From Dehalococcoidia bacterium (GTDB lineage: Bacteria > Chloroflexota > Dehalococcoidia > Tepidiformales > Tepidiformaceae): a stretch of 25,229 nucleotides of DNA. Positions within the stretch are counted from its first letter, which is position 1. Every line of letters starts with the position of its first letter. Below are positions 1 to 7,726 of this stretch, one piece after another. The position numbers and the translations under genes were made by a program. The notes beneath the pieces were generated by a model. That model was not told the DNA's origin, ran no database searches, and was given only the letters and a program-made list of their open reading frames with translations. Location: NCBI GenBank assembly GCA_007126855.1, contig SLAK01000082.1, forward strand, positions 1 through 25,229, given 5' to 3'.

Positions 1-405
1 CCGCAGCGGGTGGCCGCGCAAATGGCGGCCGCCCGCGCGCGCGGCGCGGGCGCATACCTGAAAGACTGGACCTATGGGCCGGCGAGGGACTCCGCCGCAG
101 CATCGGCCGATGCGATCGTCGATCCCATCGTGCAATGGTGCCGGGAAACGCTTAGCGAAACTCGTCGGCCCTGGGGCATCGACCTGTTCGACCTGGTGAT
201 TGCCGTGCGCCGCTCCGACGGCCAGCCGGAAAGCCTGGCCCTGAAACGCCGCACCCCAACCGAGCTCTACGGCCGGGAATCGCTGGCACGCACACTGCAC
301 AAGTTCCTGCACGGCGATTCGAAGGAACCGATCGAGCATGTTTCGATCGCGCTCTTTTCGTGGGGCGACGCGGCGCACGCGACGCTGGGGACACAACACT
401 CCTGA
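1..405 (+). CDS. Hypothetical protein, probably 5'-truncated by the window edge
   Basis: Frame 1 is open from base 1 (CCG CAG CGG GTG...) to TGA at 403-405, with GC-rich third positions. No family motif recognised. Confidence 0.6.
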   Translation, partial: PQRVAAQMAAARARGAGAYLKDWTYGPARDSAAASADAIVDPIVQWCRETLSETRRPWGIDLFDLVIAVRRSDGQPESLALKRRTPTELYGRESLARTLHKFLHGDSKEPIEHVSIALFSWGDAAHATLGTQHS

Positions 406-540
406 ACAGCCGGGGAGCGGCTTTCGAGCAGATCACGGTGTCCTTGATTCGCACTCCATGTCGAGTGCACGCGGCTGCGATTGAGCAGTGCGCCGGGGCG
501 GACAACAATGGTTGCCCAACCGCGCAGGAGGGCAAACCTG

Positions 541-1206
541 ATGGACCTGTACGAGGTGATGCGGACAACGTTTTCCGCCCGCGAGTTCCATGATGAGCCA
601 GTCGACGATGCGACGCTGTCGCGAATCTTCGAAAAGGCCCGGTTCGCCCCCAGCGGGGGCAACCGCCAGGGCTGGCACGTGATTGTCGTCCGCGATCAGC
701 AGACGAAAGACGCGCTCTCGGAGTTGAATGTGCCGGCTGCGAAGCGCTACATCGCGCAGGTGCAGGCCGGGGAGAACCCCCTGAACACGGTGCATCCGAC
801 GAAAGTCGACGAGGCGACCATCGCCGAAACGAAGCCACCCAGGCTATTGCTTGAGCCGGTGCGGCGGGCGCCGGTGGTGCTGGTGGTGACGGTGGACCTG
901 GGCGTGGTGGCGTCGTCGGATGCGGAGCTGCCGCGGGTCGGCGTGATCAGCGGTGCGTCGATCTACCCATTCACCTGGAACCTGCTGCTGGCGGCGCGGA
1001 ACGAAGGTCTCGGCGGGACGATCACGACGCTGGCCGTGGCGCAGGAACCGGAAGTGCAGAAGCTACTGGGCATCCCGCGGCACTATGCGGTGGCGGCAGT
1101 CATCCCGCTGGGGCGGCCGGTGAAGCAACTCACGAAACTCCGCCGCAAGCCGGTGGAGGAGTTCGTGACGCTGGAGCGTTTCGACGGGGAGGCGTTCGGA
1201 GGGTAG
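541..1206 (+). CDS. Nitroreductase family protein (FMN-binding)
   Basis: Motifs RFAPSGGNRQGWHVIVV, NLLLAARNEGLGGT and AVIPLGRP. SD AGGAGG at 526-531 supports ATG 541 over the ORF-track TTG 481. Confidence 0.9.
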   Translation: MDLYEVMRTTFSAREFHDEPVDDATLSRIFEKARFAPSGGNRQGWHVIVVRDQQTKDALSELNVPAAKRYIAQVQAGENPLNTVHPTKVDEATIAETKPPRLLLEPVRRAPVVLVVTVDLGVVASSDAELPRVGVISGASIYPFTWNLLLAARNEGLGGTITTLAVAQEPEVQKLLGIPRHYAVAAVIPLGRPVKQLTKLRRKPVEEFVTLERFDGEAFGG

Positions 1207-1210
1207 GGGC

Positions 1211-1459
1211 AAGACCCTTCAGCGGTGGCGGGCTGGCAGCTCATATCCCCGGCAGTTCGCCCGTCAGCGGCTAGCCGAGCTCCATCGCCTCTTCCAGCGC
1301 GTGGACGAAACGTTCGAGAGTTCCGATGCGGCGCGAACGTGGTTGCACAGCGAGAGCCGTTATCTCGGCGGCCTGACGCCGGCAGACGCGATCCGGGTGG
1401 GCAGACTCGACAGAGCGGAGGCCGCGCTTGAAGCATTGGATTCCGGCATCACGCTTTGA
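1211..1459 (+). pseudogene. 5'-truncated Xre/MbcA/ParS-type (DUF2384-like) antitoxin remnant
   Basis: Manual translation of frame 2 gives KTLQRWRAGSSYPRQFARQRLAELHRLFQRVDETFESSDAARTWLHSESRYLGGLTPADAIRVGRLDRAEAALEALDSGITL*. This resembles the end of an HTH (TLQRW..G..P) plus the WL...LGG.TP...G...L toxin-binding domain. The frame has an upstream stop at 1166-1168 and no start codon before GTG 1301, which lacks an SD. Confidence 0.7.
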
Positions 1460-1495
1460 CGTGGCGCAGGAAATGCGCGACGAGCTTAACCGAAA

Positions 1496-1939
1496 CTATT
1501 GCGACACCTGGTCAAACGGGCGCCGCCACCGCAGTCCGGGGAACCGTCCGTAATCGCCGTCGGTAGTTATCCATTCGCTGCCCGATTCGATCGCCAACGC
1601 AGCAAAGTAGGCATCGGGAACGAGATTGCCCCGGGCGGCGGCGGCCTGGCATAGATCGGCAAAGATGCGCCAATGACGGACTCCCGGATTGATGACCACG
1701 CAATTGGGCTGGTCCTTAACCTGTTCGACAAAAGCCAGGGCGTCATCGAGCGGGCTCGGCGGACTGAACACGGCGGGATGCGTTACCACACGCAGAAAGC
1801 CGCTGCAGACGAGATCGGAAATGCCATAGGGTTCTTCGGCGTTGATGAGGGTCTCCAGCCAGTCCTTCATGCGCTGGTGGCCGGGCGCGTCCTTTCGATA
1901 GCCATAGACGAGTATGTTTACGTCAGGAAGCAGCATCAC
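1496..1939 (-). CDS. vapC: VapC-family PIN-domain toxin (mycobacterial-type PIN)
   Basis: N-terminal LPDVNILVY, then GFLRVVTHP, GNLVPDAYFAALAIE and TTDGDYGRFPGL, with the acidic PIN residues present. Overlaps the upstream antitoxin stop. Confidence 0.92.
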   Translation of the reverse strand: MMLLPDVNILVYGYRKDAPGHQRMKDWLETLINAEEPYGISDLVCSGFLRVVTHPAVFSPPSPLDDALAFVEQVKDQPNCVVINPGVRHWRIFADLCQAAAARGNLVPDAYFAALAIESGSEWITTDGDYGRFPGLRWRRPFDQVSQ

Positions 1940-2174
1940 GCTGCTCCATCAACCCGAGCAGCGCGGCGCTATCATCCAGATCTACACCCCGCTGCAGCCC
2001 ATGGCCTTCGAAGCTCCTGAGAACTACGCGTTCGCGCCGGCCGCATTCCCGCCGCCGTGCCAGGGCTTCCCTGAGTGCGTCTTCGACGACTTCCCCGAGC
2101 GTACGGCCGGTGGACGCCGCGACGGATTTGGCTTCTCGCAACAATTGGTCTTCGATTCGAATGGTGGTCCGCAC
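1923..2174 (-). CDS. vapB: VapB-family ribbon-helix-helix antitoxin
   Basis: MRTTIRIEDQLLREAK...TLGEVVEDALR RHH signature and C-terminal GVDLDDSAALLGLME. GTG start, overlapping the PIN gene by 17 bp. Confidence 0.88.
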   Translation of the reverse strand: MRTTIRIEDQLLREAKSVAASTGRTLGEVVEDALREALARRRECGRRERVVLRSFEGHGLQRGVDLDDSAALLGLMEQRDAAS

Positions 2175-2181
2175 ACATCAG

Positions 2182-2207
2182 AGCATAGCAGGGCAGCATC
2201 AAGATGC
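2182..2207 (-). promoter_or_regulatory. Putative leaderless vapB promoter (-10 TATGCT) with adjacent inverted repeat GCATC-AA-GATGC
   Basis: Minus-strand TATGCT (2187-2182) lies 7 nt before GTG 2174 with no SD. Palindrome at 2196-2207. Confidence 0.5.
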
Positions 2208-2288
2208 GCGTGGCGAAGCTGCCCAAGGAGGGGGCACGGTCACACGTCAGCAAGGTGGCGCCATCGCGGAAACTCACGCCGATTCGGT

Positions 2289-2307
2289 TATACTGCAGCA
2301 TAGAGGT
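2289..2307 (+). promoter_or_regulatory. Putative -10 box (TATACT) and SD (GAGGT) of the AbrB-PIN operon
   Basis: TATACT at 2289-2294, GAGGT at 2303-2307, ATG at 2316. Confidence 0.5.
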
Positions 2308-2315
2308 ATGACCGC

Positions 2316-2588
2316 ATGGCAAAAGTAGGAGCAAAGGGGCAGGTGGTGATCAACAAGGAGATCCGCGACCGGCTGGGGGTGGAACCGGGCTGGATCGCCG
2401 TGCAGCGCGTGGTGGGCGATCACGTGGAGATCCGGTTTTTGCCACCGAAGCACCGCCGTTCGCTCAAGGGGTTGCTGTCTCCGTACGTCGATCGAAGCCT
2501 TGCGGACAGCGAGTCGTGGGATCGCGCTCGCGAGACCGCATGGAAGGATGCGGTCAGCAACCGTCCGGGGGAGCGGGACGCCGAGTGA
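2316..2588 (+). CDS. AbrB/MazE/SpoVT-family antitoxin
   Basis: MAKVGAKGQVVINKEIRDRLGVEPG is a typical AbrB-fold N-terminus. The stop overlaps the next start (GTGA, 2585-2588). Confidence 0.88.
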   Translation: MAKVGAKGQVVINKEIRDRLGVEPGWIAVQRVVGDHVEIRFLPPKHRRSLKGLLSPYVDRSLADSESWDRARETAWKDAVSNRPGERDAE

Positions 2589-2989
2589 GCGGGCTGCTGG
2601 ACACATCAATGATTGTCCGCTACCTCACCGGGGACCCGGAGCCGATGGCAGAGGCCAGCGCACAGGTCATTGATAGCGACGATTCGCTCTACATTCCGGA
2701 TGTCGTCATCGCGGAAACCGCCTATGTGCTGCAATCGCACTACCAGGTGCCGCGGGAAGCAGTCATCGACAGCCTGATAGCGCTGCTGCAGAGGGACAAC
2801 GTCTCCCCGCTTCACTGCTCGACAGAAGTTACGATCGAGGCACTGTTGCTATGCCGGGATTCGGGCAGAGTGGCGGTCGCGGACGCTCTCATATGGGCTG
2901 CGGCGCATTGTTCGGGGCGACGAGTGGTCTACTCCCTGGATGGCCGATTTCCCGACGCAGGGATCGAGGTTCGACGGCGAACTGCATAG
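2585..2989 (+). CDS. vapC: VapC-family PIN-domain toxin
   Basis: MSGLLDTSMIVRYL...VVIAETAYVL...VADALIWAAA...YSLD, with the conserved PIN D/E/D/D pattern. The true start is GTG 2585, coupled to the antitoxin, not 2516. Confidence 0.88.
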   Translation: MSGLLDTSMIVRYLTGDPEPMAEASAQVIDSDDSLYIPDVVIAETAYVLQSHYQVPREAVIDSLIALLQRDNVSPLHCSTEVTIEALLLCRDSGRVAVADALIWAAAHCSGRRVVYSLDGRFPDAGIEVRRRTA

Positions 2990-3027
2990 CCAGACGCTAC
3001 CGATCGGCCAACCGGGTACCTGACCCG

Positions 3028-4173
3028 CTACCGCTCCCCGGTGCCCCAGTCGACGTACATGGGCATGACGACGTGGACGTAGGAGGCGTCGCCAACCTGG
3101 CGGAAGGCACCCTGGGAATACGGGTTGGTGACTTCGAGGGTGGTTTCGCCGTGGAGGGCGTTAAGCACGTCGGCGAGGTAGCGACTGTTGAAGGCAATCC
3201 GGCCGGGCTGGCCTTCGACCTGGGCGTCGATGACGCCTTCGTTGTCGCCGATCTCGTCGGCGCGTGCGCTGACCTTCAGCCCGCCCGATTCGCCGCCCTC
3301 CGGCGGGATCATTTCGAGCCGGATGATGCCGCTGCCGTCGCGGGCGAAGATGGCGGCGATGCGGGTCAACCGCTTGAAATCGTCCACGGACACGGTCGCG
3401 CGGGTGTTCCATTCGGCGGGGATGAGCTGGCTGTAGTTAGGGAAGACGCCCTGGATGAGCTGGGCGACCAGCTCGGTTTCGACCATGACGAACTGGACCT
3501 GCGTGCGCTGCTGGTTCACCCGCATCTCGACCGGCTCCTGCGTGTCGCCGATCAGCCGCGAGAGTTCGCGCACGGCCCGGGCCGGCACGATGACTTCGAT
3601 GGACTCCTCCGGCGCTTCGGACAGCTCGATGTCGGAGACGGCAAGCCGGAAGCCGTCGGCGGCGGCAAGAGTGAGCCGCGAATCCTCGGTCTTCATGTGG
3701 ACGCCGGTGAGCGCGGGTCGGGAGTCGTCGGAGGCCGCGCCGAACTCCACGCGGTCGATCGCGTGCTTCAGCGCTTTCGGTTCGAGCCGTAGCACCGGTC
3801 CGCCGCTAATGGCCTGGATGCGCGGGAAGTCTTCCGCGTCCATGGCGTTGATCGTCGATTCGTTCCGCGCGCAGGAGAGGTGGACTTCGCGGCTGCGCGT
3901 CGGCACTTCGAGGTCGACGGGTGCCGGCGGCAGTGAGCCGACAAAATCGGAAATCAGCCGCGCCGGGACGGTGGTGGCGCCTTCTTCGTCGACACGGGCC
4001 CCAACCCAGCTCGTGATGGCAATATCAAGATCGGTGGCGGCGAGCTTGAGGCGGCCGTTCTCTGTCTGGAGCAGGACGTTGGCCGTGATCGGCAGCGTGG
4101 ACCGTGCAGCAACCGCCCTGCCGACGATGCTGAGGCCGCGTTCGAGGTTCTCCTGCAGGACCTGGACTTTCAC
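3028..4173 (-). CDS. dnaN: DNA polymerase III beta sliding clamp
   Basis: MKVQVLQENL...LPITANVLL...LAATDLD, RPALTGV, AADGFRLA, VPARAVREL, GVFPNYSQLIP, IAFNSRYLADVL and HVVMPM. Start GTG at 4173. Confidence 0.97.
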   Translation of the reverse strand: MKVQVLQENLERGLSIVGRAVAARSTLPITANVLLQTENGRLKLAATDLDIAITSWVGARVDEEGATTVPARLISDFVGSLPPAPVDLEVPTRSREVHLSCARNESTINAMDAEDFPRIQAISGGPVLRLEPKALKHAIDRVEFGAASDDSRPALTGVHMKTEDSRLTLAAADGFRLAVSDIELSEAPEESIEVIVPARAVRELSRLIGDTQEPVEMRVNQQRTQVQFVMVETELVAQLIQGVFPNYSQLIPAEWNTRATVSVDDFKRLTRIAAIFARDGSGIIRLEMIPPEGGESGGLKVSARADEIGDNEGVIDAQVEGQPGRIAFNSRYLADVLNALHGETTLEVTNPYSQGAFRQVGDASYVHVVMPMYVDWGTGER

Positions 4174-4221
4174 TCGTGTTCCCTGTATGCGCGGGGTTGG
4201 GCCGTTCTCACGGATCGCCTG

Positions 4222-4251
4222 ATTATAGGAGGCTGAGTTCAGCGGCGACAA
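4222..4251 (-). promoter_or_regulatory. Sigma70-type promoter for dnaN
   Basis: Minus strand TTGTCG (4251-4246), 18-nt spacer, then perfect TATAAT (4227-4222), about 50 nt upstream of GTG 4173. Confidence 0.6.
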
Positions 4252-4277
4252 GTCTAACGGTTAATATGCGTAAGCAA

Positions 4278-4307
4278 TTGCCGCCGGAGAGGGCTCTCCC
4301 GGCGCAA
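4278..4307. repeat. Imperfect inverted repeat between the divergent dnaN and recF promoters
   Basis: TTG(C)CGCCGG-AGAG-GG-CTCT(C)-CCGGCG-CAA. Confidence 0.55.
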
Positions 4308-4358
4308 AATGGAGGTAAATGTAAGCGAAAAAGTACGCTCCCGACGAAGAGTAGGGGC

Positions 4359-4364
4359 TATACT
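4359..4364 (+). promoter_or_regulatory. Putative -10 box of recF (short-leader or leaderless transcript)
   Basis: TATACT 10 nt before GTG 4375, with no SD in between. Confidence 0.4.
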
Positions 4365-4374
4365 TTTCGATACC

Positions 4375-5544
4375 GTGCACATCTTCAAGCTCGAGCTGGT
4401 TAATTTCCGCAACTATGCCCGGACTTCGGTGACGCTGCATCGAGGGTTGAACATCGTCGTTGGGGACAATGCCCAGGGCAAGAGCAACCTCCTCGAAGGC
4501 ATCTACCTGCTCTCCACGATGCGTTCGAGCCGCGCCAGCAGCGATAGCGACCTGGTCCGCCGCGACATTTTGGACACCGAGTTCCCCGTTGCGCGGCTGA
4601 CCGCGGAGGTTGAGCGCGCGGCCGGCAACCTCCACATGGAGGTTGCAGTTGTGGGCCGCACAACTGACCCATCGCACCGGGCCGGCAAGCGGGTGCGGAT
4701 GAACGGCGTGGCGCGCCGCACATCGGAGGCGGTGGGCCAGCTTGCCGCGGTTTTGTTCACCACCCTGGACATCGACATTGTCGCCGGGCCTCCACTGCTG
4801 CGGCGGCGTTTCCTGGACCTGATGGTCTCGCAGGTGGACCGGGGCTATCTGCGGGCGATGCAGCGCTATGCCCGGGTGTTGCAACAGCGCAACAGTCTCT
4901 TGAAGCAGATCCGCGAAGGCCACGCTTCCCGCGGCGACCTGAATTTCTGGGACCAGGAACTGGCCCATGCCGGGGGCATCATCGTGAAGGCCCGGGCCGA
5001 CGCGCTGGGCCAGGTAGTCGCGCACGGGGCACAACAAATGGACCGTCTGAGCGATGGGCGGGAAACGATGGAAATCTCCTACAAACCGTCGATGGGTGGC
5101 GCAGATGAGACCGACTGCCCCATCGACGAAACGGAGTGGACGGCGCGCATGCTGCGCGTGATGGCGAACACGCGTGACCGCGAAGTCGGCGCGGGTTCGA
5201 CGCTTATCGGCCCGCACCGCGACGACTGGATCATCGAGATCAATGGCCTGGACGCCGGGGGATTCGCTTCACGGGCACAGCAGCGCACGGCGGCGCTGGC
5301 CCTGCGGCTGGCGGAAGCCAATTATCTGCGCCATGCGCTGGGCGACGACCCGGTGGTGCTGCTGGACGACGTGTTGAGCGAGCTCGACGCGCGAAGGCGC
5401 CGCGGCGTGCTGGAGTACATAGACACGTTCCAGCAGACGATAATCACCACGGCGGAACCTGACCGCGTGCGCGACGTGATGACGCGCGCGGCGGGCCGTT
5501 ACCTCGTTTCGATGGGGACGATCACGGCCTTCGAAGGGGAATAG
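4375..5544 (+). CDS. recF: DNA replication/repair protein RecF
   Basis: MHIFKLELVNFRNY, Walker A GDNAQGKSNLLE, RRRFLD, GPHRDD, ASRAQQRTAALALRLAE and VLLLDDV-type Walker B (VVLLDDVLSELD). Start GTG at 4375. Confidence 0.96.
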   Translation: MHIFKLELVNFRNYARTSVTLHRGLNIVVGDNAQGKSNLLEGIYLLSTMRSSRASSDSDLVRRDILDTEFPVARLTAEVERAAGNLHMEVAVVGRTTDPSHRAGKRVRMNGVARRTSEAVGQLAAVLFTTLDIDIVAGPPLLRRRFLDLMVSQVDRGYLRAMQRYARVLQQRNSLLKQIREGHASRGDLNFWDQELAHAGGIIVKARADALGQVVAHGAQQMDRLSDGRETMEISYKPSMGGADETDCPIDETEWTARMLRVMANTRDREVGAGSTLIGPHRDDWIIEINGLDAGGFASRAQQRTAALALRLAEANYLRHALGDDPVVLLDDVLSELDARRRRGVLEYIDTFQQTIITTAEPDRVRDVMTRAAGRYLVSMGTITAFEGE

Positions 5545-5569
5545 GGCCATAGGCAAGACGCGGACCATT

Positions 5570-6796
5570 ATGGTGGCCCTCGCGCTATTCGCGGGGGCTT
5601 CTTCGTTCCTCACCGGCGCCATGTTGCTGCTGGCGTTGCCGGTGGTCGCCAGCGACGGCCAGGAGCGGCTCTTCCAGCTCAACACGATTGTGGGTTCGGC
5701 GCTGGTGCTGCTGGTTTTCGGTACTTTCCTAGTCTTCCATGCTGCGTCGTCGCTGGGGAGGGTGGCTTCCCGCGCGATGGGCCACCACATGCCGTGGTAT
5801 CTGCTGCTGGCGTTCCCGCTGCTGGTCGGCGCGGGCCAGTGGCTCGTGTTGAACCCCGGCTCGGCGCCCTGGCTATTCCCCTTTGTAAACGCTGGCATTG
5901 TCGCGATACCGTCGGTCCTTATCGCGCTAGCGGTCACGCGGCGGTACCGCGACCGGAACCCGTGGTCGTGGCCCGTGACCTGGCGGGAGTGGGTTGGCGC
6001 CTTCGGTTACGGCGCGATCGGCGCGGTGACGATCGCCGCCATTATCAACACGGGCTACCTGACGGGCGCGGGGTGGCTGCTGCTGCGCTGGTATGACATC
6101 GATGTGGGCGCCGACGTGCTGCGCGGCCTGCCCGACCTGCCGCGCAACGCGGGCGTCCTGTTCGACCTCAGCGCGCTATCGGTGGTGGCGCCGCTGAACG
6201 AAGAGTTCTTCAAGGGATTCATCGTGGCACTGTTCTGGTGGCGCGGTGGGAGCGTCGCGCGGTGCTTTGCCTGGGGCGTGCTGGCAGGCACCGGCTTCAA
6301 CCTGGTGGAGACGTTCATCAACAGCCTGGCACTGGTAGACGCAGGCTCACCGGCCGCGGACAACGCCAGCCACTGGTGGATCTTTGGTCCGGCCCGGGCG
6401 GGCACAGCAGCGCTGCACGGTCTCGCAGCGGGCTTTGCTGCGCTGGCCTTCTATGGCCTGTTCACGCGCCAGTGGCGGTTTCTCCTGGGCTATCCGCTGG
6501 CAGTGGTGCTGCATGGGAACTGGAATGCGGCGGTGTACCTGATCGCGGGCAGCGCGGTGCTGAGCCAGGCGGGGCCGGATTCGGCGGTGTTCGCGCTCAT
6601 CGGCATCGCGCTCCTGGTCACGCTGGCTGTTGTGAGCGTGGCGCTGCTGTGGACGATCAGCGGCCAGCTGCGGGATAGGCAGCCCGCGTCCATCTACCGC
6701 GTGCTGGGCATGGAGCCGGCGGGCAGGACCACAGCGCCGGGAGTGCCCCTGTGGCTGGGCGACCGCATGAAGCCGGTGCGGCAGGCGCCAGCTTGA
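5570..6796 (+). CDS. PrsW-family intramembrane glutamic protease
   Basis: Many hydrophobic helices and the motifs APLNEEFFKG (EExxK), GTGFNLVE, ALHG and LHGNWN. Start codon uncertain. Confidence 0.82.
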   Translation: MVALALFAGASSFLTGAMLLLALPVVASDGQERLFQLNTIVGSALVLLVFGTFLVFHAASSLGRVASRAMGHHMPWYLLLAFPLLVGAGQWLVLNPGSAPWLFPFVNAGIVAIPSVLIALAVTRRYRDRNPWSWPVTWREWVGAFGYGAIGAVTIAAIINTGYLTGAGWLLLRWYDIDVGADVLRGLPDLPRNAGVLFDLSALSVVAPLNEEFFKGFIVALFWWRGGSVARCFAWGVLAGTGFNLVETFINSLALVDAGSPAADNASHWWIFGPARAGTAALHGLAAGFAALAFYGLFTRQWRFLLGYPLAVVLHGNWNAAVYLIAGSAVLSQAGPDSAVFALIGIALLVTLAVVSVALLWTISGQLRDRQPASIYRVLGMEPAGRTTAPGVPLWLGDRMKPVRQAPA

Positions 6797-6824
6797 GCGA
6801 GGGAGCTTCGCCGGGGAAGCTGGG

Positions 6825-7436
6825 ATGATGCAGATGGATGAGCGAAAGTTTCGCGCGATCACTGTCTACTGCGCCTCGAGCAACGCGGTGGAGGAGCGCT
6901 TCATGGAGCTGGCGGCCGAGGCCGGCCGGGAGATCGCGCGGCGCGGGATGGAGATGGTTTACGGCGGCGGCGCGGTGGGCATGATGGGCCGCGCGGCGGA
7001 TGCGGCGCTGGAGGCAGGAGGCCGCGTGCGCGGCGTGATTACCAGACACCTGGAGACCTACGAGGTATCGCACCCCGGCATTACACAGCTGGAAACCGTC
7101 GAGACGATGCACGAGCGCAAGCTGGCGATGACCGTGGCCGGGGACGCTTTCTTCGTGCTGCCGGGCGGCTTTGGGACGCTCGACGAAGCGATGGAGGCCA
7201 TCACCTGGAAGCAGCTGCGTATCCATACGAAGCCGATCGTGATCGTGAACACGTTCGGCTATTTTGACACCCTGCTGCGCTTCTTCGACGAGGCGGTGGA
7301 GCGGCTGTTCATCCACGAGGACAATCTGCGGCTGTTCGAGGTTGCGGCAAACATCGGTGAGGCGTTCGAGAAGCTGGCGACGGCGGAGATGCCGGACCAG
7401 GAGCCAAGCCCGCTGTGGCGGGCGCCGCGGCCGTAA
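6825..7436 (+). CDS. LOG family (TIGR00730-type) nucleotide-monophosphate phosphoribohydrolase
   Basis: ITVYCASS, VYGGGAVGMMG, MHERK and the PGGFGTLDE signature. Confidence 0.93.
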   Translation: MMQMDERKFRAITVYCASSNAVEERFMELAAEAGREIARRGMEMVYGGGAVGMMGRAADAALEAGGRVRGVITRHLETYEVSHPGITQLETVETMHERKLAMTVAGDAFFVLPGGFGTLDEAMEAITWKQLRIHTKPIVIVNTFGYFDTLLRFFDEAVERLFIHEDNLRLFEVAANIGEAFEKLATAEMPDQEPSPLWRAPRP

Positions 7437-7726
7437 CGATTCGAATCGCGCTTATGCCCGAGGATGTGTCCGCTCGAGTTGGCCGCACCATGCCAACGTC
7501 GATACAGTCACCGTTACTGCAGCGCAGCGGTTATTCGCAACAGTGTTCTTACAAGTAGTTTACATGCGCTCGACCAGAGATCTCTTTCAACCGGAATGCT
7601 GTCACGCGTTTGCAATGAACTCGGTGTAGCTGTGTACGGATTCTTTGTGATTCTTCCTCCGTTGCGGGTCTATGCTCGTTCGCGGCCACCGGGCAGTGGC
7701 AGAGCACATCACCACCAGGAGGAATC

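Noticed and set aside
1186-1210. Programmed +1 frameshift at GGG-TAG-G fusing the nitroreductase to the antitoxin domain
   Set aside because: The SD-like GGGGAGG is 8 nt from the putative shift codon rather than about 3 nt as in prfB, and the linker cuts through the HTH. A deletion scar is simpler.
4174-4374. oriC between dnaN and recF
   Set aside because: No DnaA boxes, no DUE or DnaA-trio repeats and no dnaA gene are seen.
2851-5217. Long ORFs 2851..3792 (+), 3455..4222 (+) and 4261..5217 (-)
   Set aside because: They are shadows of dnaN and recF, which carry all the family motifs.
6804-6821. AGCTTC/GAAGCT hairpin over the LOG SD
   Set aside because: It is only 6 bp, which is expected by chance at this GC content.
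7600-7614. Sigma54-like TGTCAC...TTGCA, and similarly TGGCAC...TTGC at 19264-19280
   Set aside because: The -24/-12 spacing is off by one and two bases respectively, and sigma54 spacing is strict.
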